Part shown: positions 12,576-24,700 of the stretch, one piece after another
How the letters are laid out: each line of letters starts with the position of its first letter
Numbering within the stretch: the stretch's first letter is position 1
DNA from: Catajapyx aquilonaris
Taxonomy: Eukaryota
Direction: 5' to 3'
Assembly: GCA_000934665.2 (NCBI GenBank)
Contig: JYFJ02002296.1
Coordinates: forward strand, 1-60,026
DNA: 60,026 nt
The notes under the pieces: model-generated
The model's input: the letters and a program-made list of their open reading frames with translations, nothing else
Told to the model about the DNA's origin: nothing
Databases searched by the model: none
Position numbers and translations under genes: made by a program

Positions 12576-14830
12576 ATGTCTGCGCTGGACAACTGCTGCG
12601 TTCCGTCATGCCCTGGCCACATAGACGGTGAATCGCAGTTTTCATTTCCGTTCCCGAAGGATCCGCGTACCAGGCTGATGTGGATGTGGGCCATACTGAA
12701 CGCGGACGAATGCAGGGTTTGCGCTGACCATTTTGTAGGAGACGACTTCGTCACGGTCATAAAGAGCGTGGAAGGACACCATTTGCAATCGCTGGAGCTC
12801 AAAGAAGAGGCTTGCCCAACTCAGAATTTGCCGAATCCAGGTACAAACATTATCGGGACAAAAAAAAAATTGATGTAAAAACTGACATATTGTAATTACA
12901 GTGAATGTGGATGCACTTGTGAAGAGTTTGGATGAGATGGTGGCCGCTCTGAAAAAGAAACGGGTTAATCGAGTGAGCCAGAAGGTACAGGGACGCAACC
13001 TGATGCTGAGGCAACTGAAGCCCAAGGATGATATGGTGAAATTACAGCCCAAGCCGGTTCCGATACTGCCAGCACCTGGCCCAGGAGTCAAGCCGCCGCC
13101 TCCGCAGATGAAATTACTGCTTGTAAACCCTGCATCGAAGTCGGAACCTGATGCTCAGCCGACAGTCCCAACGTCTCCGAAGTCTGGCGACACAACGCCA
13201 GTCAGAATTCTTCTCCTGAATTCTGGGCCAGTCAAACCAAGCACTTCTCTGGATGATGTGACGGCCAGGAAACTAGAGGAATTTGGCATCAAACAGGAAC
13301 AAGTTGAGGATGGGTTAGTACAGTCGCATTTGTTGTAATCATGTGCGACATTAACAGAAAAATACTATTTCAGGAGCTCTGTGACTTTACCGAGCACCTC
13401 TTCAGCCCTGGACATCAAAGTCGGCGAACTGGAAAAGTGCGAGGCTGTCACTTGCACTGTCTGCCATAAGACGATTGCTCGTAAACGCGATCTTGCACGG
13501 CACATGCGAGTGCACCAAAGGCCTCTGCAGTGCGAGAAGTGTGGGAAGGAGCGAGGCAGGCGGCATTCCTGTCCGCAGGCTGAAAAGAAGTACATTTGTG
13601 ATTTGTGTGGGGTTCACTTCACCCAGAGGTACCGACTCACTCTTCATGTGATGGAGGAGCATGGGATTAAAGCAAACAAGTCATTCCAATGCGAGAAATG
13701 CGGGCACATGTTCGTTACCGATGCAAGTTTGGCGCACCATGTGAAGTTACACGCTGGCTCCGATCCCCTTGTGTGCGATACATGCGGAAGCATCTTTTTC
13801 ACCACATGTAGTCTCAACCAGCACATTAAAGTGCATACGGGAGATAAGCCATTTTCTTGTGACGAATGTGGCCGCCAATTCTTGCGATACGCCAACTTGA
13901 CTCAACATCTCGGTAAACATGCCGCTTGCAAGTCGTTCACTTGCGAAACATGCTCAAAGACGTTCTCAAGGCAACACACGCTGACCAATCATATGCGGCT
14001 ACATACCGGCGAGAAGCCACATGTTTGCGGACTATGTGGAAAGTCATACAGTCTTCGAGAGAGCCTGATAGTTCACCAAAGACATCACACTGGAGAGCGA
14101 CCATATGAATGCCACATATGCAATAACAGATATTTTGTGAAGTCAGCTCTCCGCATACATATTCAGCGTCACTTGGGAGTGAAGCAGCATATGTGCGAGG
14201 CATGCGGGAAGACGTTTGGCAGCAAATCGGCGATGAACCGTCATAGTCTTACGCACACGGGTGAAAGGCCGTACAGCTGCGATGTATGCGAACGTTCCTT
14301 TTCCTTAAAGTCATCTCTGGACAGCCACCGCATGATTCATACAGGTGAGTATTGTAATGATGGTTTTATATTGCATCAATATCTCATTTGTGTCTTTATT
14401 TGCAGGTGAGAGGCCATACAAGTGTGAGATTTGCGAGAAGGCGTTTCCGTATCGTACGTCCTTAATCTTCCATCGTCGAACCCACACTGGGGAAAGACCG
14501 TTCATATGCGACGTATGCTCCAAGTCCTTTGTGCACAAGCAGGCGTTGGAGAATCACATAAGGATTCACACGGGAGAGAAGCCCTTCATGTGCGAGGCGT
14601 GTGGGAAGGCGTTCAGGAGCAAGCAGAAGTTCACCATGCACAAGAGGTTACATGCGGCTGGAAAGAAGGCTGCAGAGAGTTCAAAGGAGCTTCCAAAGGA
14701 TGCTGTACAGGTGCATCTGAAGATACTTCATCCGAACACGCACGAGAAGACCATTTTCGTGTGCGGAGTCTGCGGGGATGAATTTGATGATAAAGAGACT
14801 CTCACCGTGCATGTCAGCAATTCGCATTGA
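12576..14830 (+). CDS. THAP-C2H2 zinc-finger protein B (about 14 fingers)
   Basis: Exons 12576-12840, 12902-13313, 13374-14344 and 14406-14830 are phase-consistent. THAP pattern CCVPSC..FPFPKD..WMWAILN..VCADHF..ACPTQNL. Confidence 0.9.
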
Positions 14831-14928
14831 ACTGTTGAACCTGTAGTAATTTTATCATTCGGAAGCCTGGGTAAGCTTATATGGTAGAATCCCAACTAAT
14901 CACAGGCTAATAGCGAATTAATGATTAA

Positions 14929-15415
14929 GGGGGCGCATGAGTAAAAATACGGTAGGCGCATTTTTGAGGGAATTTTATTTTTTGTGGCGAAACGGACGGT
15001 TAATCGGAAAAATCACGCTGAAGGTGCCCTGCGGAAATGTGTGACCTTTACTATGGTACCACACTCGATATGATTGCATTAAAATTGTGGACATACGGGC
15101 GCCGAAGTGTTCCCGAATTTGTCGCGTTCCTGCCGCCATGCTATTCAAATGGGCTTTTCGGGAACGCCATTTTCCTTTCACTTCAAGTCGATGAAAAGGT
15201 CACTTCTAGGCCGAAAATGGTAAAATTACGCCGAAGGTGCCCTGCGCCAGATCATGTCCTATTTTTTGGTGTAATTTTTGTGGCCGTAAGGCATCCGAAG
15301 CGTGGACATGTCGAATCCCCATATGCTGTCCATGCAAACGCGAGTTTGTTTACGTAGTCGCCAAGGGCTCGCATTGTTACCGATTGTTACCGTATTTTTT
15401 TACTAATGCGCCCCC
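14929..15415. mobile_element. Non-autonomous DNA transposon, Kolobok-like
   Basis: TIR gggggcgcatgagtaaaaatacggta / taccgtatttttttactaatgcgccccc with TTAA on both sides. Confidence 0.75.
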
Positions 15416-15733
15416 TTAATAATAATAGATAACCAAGATGCTCGAGTCTGCAGGTGGACCTCGATACATGGTGACCAGAAGCGCATAATTTATTGATAGA
15501 AATTTTCTTTGTAGACATGGATTATTTTCATGGAATTGTTGCTGACATATGCAACTGTAAGACGTGGTGGAACTTTATAGTGTTTAGTGCTTTTTTATTT
15601 AATTGTGTGTTTGTGCATGCCATTTAATTTTTTTATATTTGTTAATCTGTTCCTGTAAAAAAGTATGTTTTAGCTGTCTTAGTGCGCTATAAGTAATAGC
15701 GTAAGACCTGAAGTAGCCAAGATATGCAGAAGG

Positions 15734-15829
15734 GGGTGGATTCATCAAATTTTTGTCGCAACCACAGTTACTAATAATAATTAACTATTGTTATGACTGG
15801 TTATTAGGACATTTTTGATGAATCCATCC
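15734..15829. repeat. Short imperfect palindrome (MITE-like)
   Basis: gggtggattcatcaaatttttgtc pairs with gacatttttgatgaatccatcc. Confidence 0.5.
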
Positions 15830-16209
15830 GCAGGTTAGAAAGCTGTGGAATGCCATTGTTTCAGTGGAAAATATTACGCCACTATGATTATGCCATTATT
15901 TAATGATTTCAGTGTGTAAACGCACTGCATAATAATGACTTTCCCATCATAATAAGACCTATCATGAACGATGTAAACTAAACAAAGATCATTTAAAAGG
16001 CCCCACCTAGAGTAAGAGTGCCCATCTTGATTTGTAATTAATTTTTTATTCAAATTATGATTTTTTCTACGGTAGTAATAGTTGCAGGCTGAGGTTGCGA
16101 TTACATGTTACAAACATTTAATTAAAGTGTGAGCTTTTTTTTTGCACCGAATTATAGTGACGTCTTGTGTGAATCTACTTTATTAATTACAGGTACCAGA
16201 AGCTAATAA

Positions 16210-16355
16210 GGGCCGGTTTCACCGAGATCGGTATAACTTAGAACCTCGGTTTATGTCACAATAATTGCCATTGCCAACAATGAAAGACTAATTGATTATT
16301 TTTTTTTCGAAAATAAACCCCCGGATTTATAATACCGAGTTCGGTGAAACCGGCC
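16210..16355. mobile_element. PIF/Harbinger-like MITE
   Basis: TIR gggccggtttcaccga / tcggtgaaaccggcct; TSD TAA; shares termini with 42981-43107. Confidence 0.8.
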
Positions 16356-16454
16356 TTAAATGTGTACCGTTATTTAATTTTTTAAAACTTTCTTTTAACA
16401 CTCAAAAACTGTCAGTTGCAATATTTTTTGAATTTGGGCGCCCAATCCGGATGT

Positions 16455-17043
16455 GACTGCGCATGCGCTTTGGTTTGGCTACGATTGGTCCAAATCGTAC
16501 TGTTTTCACGAGCCAGTTACAAAAGTGGCAAGTTGGTTGATTGGTCGTTTCGAGGCGTCTGCTTGGCCACGATTGGCGTTAACCAGCACTGTTTTCACGT
16601 CCCAGTTGCAGCATATCACGCATGCGCCAACTTTGTTCGATTGGTCGTTTTGAAACATAGACGTATTATATATATTATATACGTCTATGTTTTGAAACCC
16701 CTGCTTGGCCACGATTACACGTCCCAGTTGCAACATAGCACGCATGCGCCAACTTGTTCGATTGGTCGTTTTGAAGCCCCTGCTTGGCCCCAATTGGCGT
16801 TAACCAGCACTGTTTTCACGTCCCAGTTGCAGCATATCACGCATGCGCCAACGTGTTCGATTGGTCGTTTTGAAGCCCCTGCTTGGCCACGATTACACGT
16901 CCCAGTTGCAGCATATCACGCATGCGCCAACTTGTTCGATTGGTCGTTTTGAAGCCCCTGCTTGGCCCCAATTGGCGTTAACCAGCACTGTTTTCACGTC
17001 CCAGTTGCAGCATAGCACGCATGCGCCAACTTGTTCGATTGGG
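16455..17043 (+). repeat. Tandem repeat (units of about 80-120 bp) in the putative promoter of gene C
   Basis: Core cgtcccagttgcagcatatcacgcatgcgccaacttgttcgattggtcgttttgaa occurs five times plus a diverged first copy; each carries GCATGCGC and ATTGG. Confidence 0.85.
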
Positions 17044-17227
17044 TAATTTTCATGTTGTGCTGTGTTCTGATTGGGTTGTCCTGCGTGTGATGTAAGGTGT
17101 AAACTACAGCCGATGGCTTCCATCCATCGTGTGTAAACTGCGTCTGTCTGTTCCATTTTCGAATACATTTTTGTCGTCGTCGACATTAATATATTTTTGG
17201 TCGTCCGTCCGTCCGTCGTCCCTCCCG

Positions 17228-20200
17228 ATGTATTCGGCGGCCTTCGCCACGACCTGCTGCGTGTCCTCCTGCCCCAACCACCTGGGCAGATGCGACCCGC
17301 TGGACCTCCTCCTTCCCTTCCCACCTCTAGAGGAGGAGAGGGAGCGCCGCTTCCTCTGGATGCAGGCCGTGCTCAACCCGGACAAGGCCAGGGTCTGCTC
17401 CAGGCACTTCCAGGAAGGGGACTTCCTCACACAGGTCATCGGGGGACGGAAGGTCAGGAGGCCCGCACTCAGGAAGGACGTGCTGCCTTCCGTCAACCTC
17501 GCACCAATGGGTATAACATACCATCGGAACCACTCGTTCTAATTCTAATAATAATTACAGATGAGACACACGTACAGTACATTATCATCATCATTACAGC
17601 CAGAATATACTCATTTAACAACTATAACCGCATATAACTGGCTGCGTAGCTACTCACGATGCCCATTGCCACGGCCCACCTTGTTGCCATGTACACCCAT
17701 TGGCACGGCAGCCCGTTGGCATGTCGCTATATCGCTCAAAAACATACGGAGACGATTTTGCATTCACACCAAACGCAAAATCGCCTCCCCATCTTTTTGA
17801 GCGTACATCCGTTGGCATGGTAGCACTGTTGCCATGTACAGCTTGTGGGTGTGGTAGCCTGTTGCCATGTACAGCAAGGGGTAAATTACTCTGCAGTTGA
17901 GCGTACAACAGACTTGTAAAGGGGCCGGACTTGGGCTCGAACTTGGTCGGACTTGACGAGTGATTTGCCCCTTGATGTACATCCGTTGGCATGGTAGCCT
18001 GTTGGCGTGGTGGCTCGTTGCCATGTGCAGCCGTTGGCATGGTAGCCTGTTGCCATGTACAGCAAGGGGTAAATCACTCGGCAGTTGAGCGTACAACGGA
18101 CTTGTAAAGAGCCGAACTTGGCGGACTTGAGCATGGACTTGGTCGGACTTGAGCCTGGACGTGGTCGGACTTGGCGCCAACCGTACAGAGGACTTGACGA
18201 GTGATTTACCCCTTGATGTACAGCCGTTGGCATGGCAGCCCGTTGGCATGGTAGCCGGTTGCCATGTACAGTTCGTTGGCATGACAGTCCGTTGCCATGT
18301 ACATCTGTTGTCATGGTAGCCGGTTGCCATGTACAGCCGTTGGCATGGCAGCCCGTTGCCGTGGAAACTTGTTGCCTTGCACATGCATTGGCATGGCAGC
18401 CCCTTTGGCATGTACAGCCTGTTGGCGTGGTAGCTCATTGCCATGTACACCACTGCCATGTAGACACTTCGCAATTATAGGTGGGACAACCGGACAAACT
18501 TTGCCTTTTTGCACGAGGAGATCGTGTGCGCTTTTGTGTTGCGATGATAGAATGAGTGGTGAAACAAATTCGGAGGTTTTCTTTGCGGCGCTGATGTTCC
18601 TGTCCTTGCAGTGCCGCACATCACGGAGGTGATACCGTCGACTTCCCAGCCCATAGGGTCCGTGACTGACGTGGCACCGGCGATTGCGAAGGCTTTGGCG
18701 ACCATGCACCAGGCTTGGATTCCGGCGGAGGCCAAGAGGGAGCTGGAAGTCGGGCCCGAGTGAGTGCGGGATTCAATGCAGGTTGTACCATGCCAGGGGG
18801 CTAATGGATCAATCTTTGCCCACAGCATCACTACCCAAACTCCGGTCAGGGGTCGCGGCAAGAAGGCCCAGGCTGCAGCTCTGAAGAGAGACTTTCGGCC
18901 CAGGAGGATTTTGCCACGCACAGGTAATTGCGCTAAATGCGACGAGATGCATCATCCTCGTTACAATGCAGCCAAAGTGCACTCGCATTATTTTCACTGC
19001 AACAATTCCCTCTATAATACTCACATGGCCAAGAATATTAATGCACCTTTTTTTTTTTGCAGTTATTTGGTCTGCTCTAGCGAAGAGCCTGGAGGAGGCC
19101 GAAGCTGCGAAGACAGCTGCTCTGAATGCACAGAAAGCTTGGTCTCAGGCAAACCAGAAACCAAGGATTGCTCCGAAGAAAGGGAAGGCGGCAGATGATG
19201 CACTGGCGGCCAAATCTGTTAAACTGATGCCAACTAGACCGGCTCAGGTCAGACCAGCTGGGTCAAGTGCGACGAAACCACTTCCAGCGAAGTCGTACGC
19301 AGCCAAACCAGCTGCAGCGAAACAAGCAGCCACGAAACTGGAAGTGACTTCCCGGGAGAAGCCGTCTGGTGCTCACCCATTCAAAATAATTGTCATCAAG
19401 TCTCCAGTGGATCCCAAAGCTGCCCAAGCAGGAGCCAAGCCTGCGTCAACGGAGAAGATAGAATTTGACAAACCAGCCGAGGCCGTGTCCGTCAGCCAGC
19501 CTGGAACTAGCTCATCCCAGACGAAGCTGCTGGTTGTCAATCCAGCCTCGGGGAAGCAGAAGCAACCCGTGTTCTCCATCACGTCGCCATCTGCAAGCTC
19601 TTCTCAGTCCGCTCAAGGTGCAGCTCCACAAGTCAGTTACATCGTGTTTAAACAAGGCACTGTAAATCCTGCGTCGTCGCAAGTGTTTGTCCAAGAGAAG
19701 GCTGGATCTAGCGGTGAAGATGCGGAGGAGCAGAAACGTGACGATCAGTAAGTTACTTAGTATTACGAATGTTGATTATTTGGTACTGAATCACATGTTA
19801 TCGCACTTCCAGAATCTCCAGCGAGAGCAGACCTGAGAGCAAATCGGATTTGACGAAGAATCAGCCTGTCATTTGTCCGATTTGCAAGAAGGTGGTTGCG
19901 AGGAAGCGCAACCTGTACCAGCACATGCGTCTCCATCAGAAGCACCCAAAGTGCCAGCAGTGCGGGAAGGAGCAGGGAAAGGTGCACATCTGTCCGATGG
20001 CAGGGAAAACCTACAAGTGCGGCAAATGCGACGCCCTGTTCATGAAGAAGTATCAGCTTGCATTGCATTTGATGAAAGTTCACGGGATTAAAATCGATGG
20101 GAACAAGGCTGTAACATGTGGGGTGTGCCAAAAGACGTTCATAAACGCCATGTTTCTTAAAAAGCATTTGAACATGCATAAACCGGAAGGGCCGCTTGCC

Positions 20201-20902
20201 TGTGGGATATGCGGAAAGCAGTATCCTACGTACCGAAGTCTGCACCACCACCAGCGAATTCACATTGAGAAGCCTCATGCGTGCAACTTGTGCGAGTACA
20301 GGTCGTATTCGAAGTCAAATCTAGGTGCGCATATGTCAACTCACTACAAGGCTGAGCGGCCTTTTATGTGTGAGGAATGCGGCAAGACGTTCACCAGCAA
20401 GACGTCATTGAAGAAGCACAGCGTCGCGCACACCGAGGAGAGACCGTACCAGTGCAACGTATGCGGAAAGGCCTTCAAGATCAAGTCATCGCTGGACAGC
20501 CACACCATGCTTCACACAGGCGAGAAGCCGTACAAATGCGAGATATGCGACAAGGCGTTTGCGCATCGCACGTCCTTGTCATTCCACCGGCGCACCCACA
20601 CTGGCGAAAAGCCTTTTGCTTGCATGCTGTGCGGGAAGTCGTTTGTTCACCGGCAGGCAATGCAGCGCCACATCAGGATTCACACTGGGGAGAAGCCGTA
20701 CACATGCGAGATATGCGGGTTGGCCTTCCGGTTGAGAGAGACCCTCAACAAACATCTGCAGTCTCACGCTGGCCAAAAAACAAGGCCAAGAATAGTAGTG
20801 GACGTCCCGGAAGTGTATCAGGTGGAAGAGGTACAAGACGAGGAAGTCATTAACCTGGAGCTGAAGAAGCACATGGGGATTAACAGGCCGCATCCAGAGT
20901 GA
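17228..20902 (+). CDS. THAP-C2H2 zinc-finger protein C (about 10 fingers)
   Basis: Exons 17228-17510, 18612-18759, 18826-18923, 19063-19747 and 19813-20902; intron phases 1,2,1,2 are all consistent. Confidence 0.88.
17660..18462. repeat. Intronic degenerate minisatellite (ttgccatgtacagccgttggcatggtagcc) with ggacttg subrepeats
   Basis: Many direct and self-complementary tgcca/tggca units, plus an internal duplication (about 17810-17990 vs 18030-18235). Confidence 0.8.
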
Positions 20903-21735
20903 TGCATCTTACACTACCAGTTGCGCACTGCCAAATTAGCTCTCGTGTAACGAGGTTGAGGCGGTTGAAGAAACAGGATTTTTTTTCTCCCCCCCCCCCG
21001 AAGTATCATTAGAAGCGTGTTTCAATTGCGCTGTTTTTTGTGTATACAGTGCCTTTTCAGTGCTGTCTGCAGACGCACTGGAGTTTTCATGAGCCTGTAA
21101 TTTACATCAGGGCAGAAGCTCGTAATACTTTGAAGCAAATAACGGTACAGCAGCATGAGACGTAACGTCGTATGGTGTTGCGATTGGAGAATTTGCTTGT
21201 AGCAACTTGTAAAACAACACAGTGTTTCACTTGTTAGAATTAGGTGAGGCGTGACCTTTTTAACGGCAGGTCAACCGCCGAATGTCATTGCAACAATGCA
21301 TAATACGAGTAGTTTGCCACTTTTTTGAAATAAAATGTTGAGTTTTTTAAAATAATTATTATGCTTGTTAATCATCTCGGTAGATTTTCTTCAACAGCAA
21401 CGCCTGAAACATGGAGCAGACTTTGTAGTGGGACTTGCTTACTCAGCCTTGTAATTATTCTGTGTAGTTAATCAGTAACTACACATCAAATTGCATGTAA
21501 CATTGTTCACATTGTTGAACGAAAGAGGAAGCATGTAATTTAGCCCTGGCTGTACCACAAATGTAAGCTCCGGTTGGGCCGTGTGTTTAGACGTCCCAGT
21601 TGATATCCAACGCGCATGCGCCGTTGGACATCCCTGACCGTCTATTGGTTGTTTCGTCCACCAGGTGTTCTCATTGCGACTGGCACGTGTGAACCTCCGT
21701 CGAGCCTGTTCCGCGTTCCATTTCCACACTGGAAG

Positions 21736-24700
21736 ATGATGTCCGTGGCGATGGCGGTTCCTTCCTCGTGCTGCGTGTCCTCCTGCCCCAACCACCTGGG
21801 CCCCAGATGCGACCCTCTGGACCTCCTCCTTCCCTTCCCACCCCTGGAGGAGGAGAGGGAGCGCCTCTTCCTCTGGATGCAGGCCGTGCTCAACCCGGAC
21901 AAGGCCAGGGTCTGCTCCAGGCACTTCCAGGAAGGGGACTTCCTCACGCAGGTCATCGGGGGGCGGAAGGTCAGGAGGCCAGCCCTCAGGAAGGACGTGC
22001 TGCCCACGCTCAACATGATGGGACAACAACAACCACCATCATCAGGTAATAATAATAATAATAATACACTGCCCCCAACAGTGATGAGTGGGACGAGGTT
22101 AAAGAAAGCTCATTTTTCTCACAAGCGCAGTAGAAAGTAATTTAGAATTCAACTGACATAACATCACATCACATCGCACATAACTAATGTAGCACATAAC
22201 TAACTCATATAATATAGCACATAACTGACATGGGATGTAACTGATACAATGTAGCTGATAATATAACACATGTCACATAACTGACATGGGATGTAACTGA
22301 TACAATGTAGCTAAAAATATAACACATATCACGTAACTGATATAATGTAGCTGATAATATAACACATATCGAATAACTAATACGACATAGCTGATGATAT
22401 AACACATCACATAACTAATATAATATAGCTCTTGATATAGCACAATCATGCCACATTAATATAATATAGTTAATGATATATCACATATCGCATAACTAGT
22501 ATGACATAGCTGATAATATAACACATGTCACGTAACTAATGTAACATAGCCAATAATATAACATATATCGCATAACTAATATACCGTAGCTGATAATATA
22601 ACACATCTCACATAACTAATACAATATAGCTGATAATATAACATATCACATGGCTAATACAATATAGCTAATAATATAAGATGGAGCACATAACTGACAT
22701 GGGATGTAACTAATACATTATAGCTAATAATATAAGATGGAGCACATAACTGACATGGGATGTAACTAATACATTATAGCTAATAATATAAGATGGAGCA
22801 CATAACTGACATGGGATGTAACTAATACATTATAGCTAATAATATAAGATGGAGCACATAACTGACATGGGATGTAACTAATACATTATAGCTAATAATA
22901 TAAGATGGAGCACATAACTGACATGGGATGTAACTAATACATTATAGCTAATAATATAAGATGGAGCACATAACTGACATGGGATGTAACTAATACATTA
23001 TAGCTAATAATATAAGATGGAGCACATAACTGACATGGGATGTAACTAATACATTATAGCTAATAATATAAGATGGAGCACATAACTGACATGGGATGTA
23101 ACTAATACATTATAGCTAATAATATAAGATGGAGCACATAACTGACATGGGATGTAACTAATACATTATAGCTAATAATATAAGATGGAGCACATAACTG
23201 ACATGGGATGTAACTAATACATTATAGCTAATAATATAAGATGGAGCACAGTCATAACTGACATGGGATGTAACTAATACAATATAGCTAATGTAACATA
23301 TTATGTTACATTATTAGCTATATTGTATTAGTTACGTGACATATCTTATATTAATAGCTACATGTTATATAGAACATAGCCAATGCAACATGATATAACT
23401 GATATGACAGTGAATGTAGCTATAGTGCGCAATGTAGCTTTGTAACTGATATAACGTGTAATATAAATAAATATAGAAATGTGGCTAATTTTTGTTTTAA
23501 AATTGTGCAGCGTCGTCAGTTCAGAAGAAGAGCGTGTGGCCCGCCAAAAAGAGTCGCGTGAGGAAGTCGGGATGGAACAAGGCCAGGACGGGACGGGGTT
23601 CTGCGGCTGGTGGGGCGTCGGTGGTGGCTGCGAAGGAGTCGCCCGTTGCGCGGAGGGTTCTGCTGGAGTCTTCGGACGAAGAGGGAGAGGAGTAAGTTGG
23701 GGGTTGGCACGTGTGGAAGGCGCGTAGTGATGGGTTGATCTCGCATGCCGCTTAGTCAAAAGTGATGTTGATTTGTATTTAGAAGTACCGCACGTTTCGA
23801 ATGCAATATTGACCCTGGTTAATTCTCCGCAGGTGTACAAGGAAACGAAAGGACTGCCTGGAAACATTGTCTGAAGACATGCAACCCAAGAAAACTGCGC
23901 GGCTCACAGGTAAATTCTGAAACTGAACTGAGACTTGCAGCATCTTCTCTGATGATTGAAGAGATTACGAAATTTGAAAAGGCTTCTAACTGAAAAGTTG
24001 CCAATGTTGAAATAATTTCTTTGTGACATTTAATACTGGAACAATCTAGAATGGAAGTGTGCAAAGGTTGATTTTGCCATGGTCAATATAATTAAATGTC
24101 GAGGTTGCTTCTAACGGTATAGGGTGGAATTTCCTTCCCACTGCTAGTCACTGCTAACTAGTAGTGACCGCATCCCCCAACAATTATAGGTACTGCTAAG
24201 TTAGTAGTTTAACTACAAGTGGGACAAATATTCCACGCAAATTTTATTATTATTCCGTAGTTGTTATTTAAATGATTGAAATCTGGCTCCACCTACTAAT
24301 GTGGGTCATGGTAAAATTATTGGTCCTTGTAGTTACTTTAGCTGTTTTTGTAATGAATCGAGCCATGAGTGCCGTACATTGTTGTAAAGGGTAATTCTTG
24401 GAACTTTTTTTACAGCGAGACAGGCGGCTCTTGCAAAAAAACAGGCGACTTCCGACGCTGCCCAGAAGTCAACAAAACAGAACCAGATGTCGAAGGAGTC
24501 GCAAGAGGGAAAGACGACACCAACAGAGAGCGAAGATGAATTTTGTGACCTTACGGGGGAAACTTCTGATGAAACTACCCAAAGGAAACCGACTTCGGAC
24601 GAAGACGCTCCAGGCAGTCCAACTCCGACTGAACCTCTCGATGATGAATCCGTATTAGAATCGCCCCCTCCATCTGTAGAGAATTTGTCTGAATCGGCTT

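Noticed and set aside
16416..17046. ORFs of 67-178 aa in the promoter repeat
   Set aside because: They are repetitive translations of the tandem repeat with no domain features.
17654..18709. Several long overlapping ORFs on both strands
   Set aside because: They arise from a stop-poor minisatellite; only 18612-18759 fits the gene C splice model.
22675..23250. CRISPR-like regular repeat array
   Set aside because: Units are identical head-to-tail with no unique spacers, no cas genes are present, and the array sits in a eukaryotic intron.
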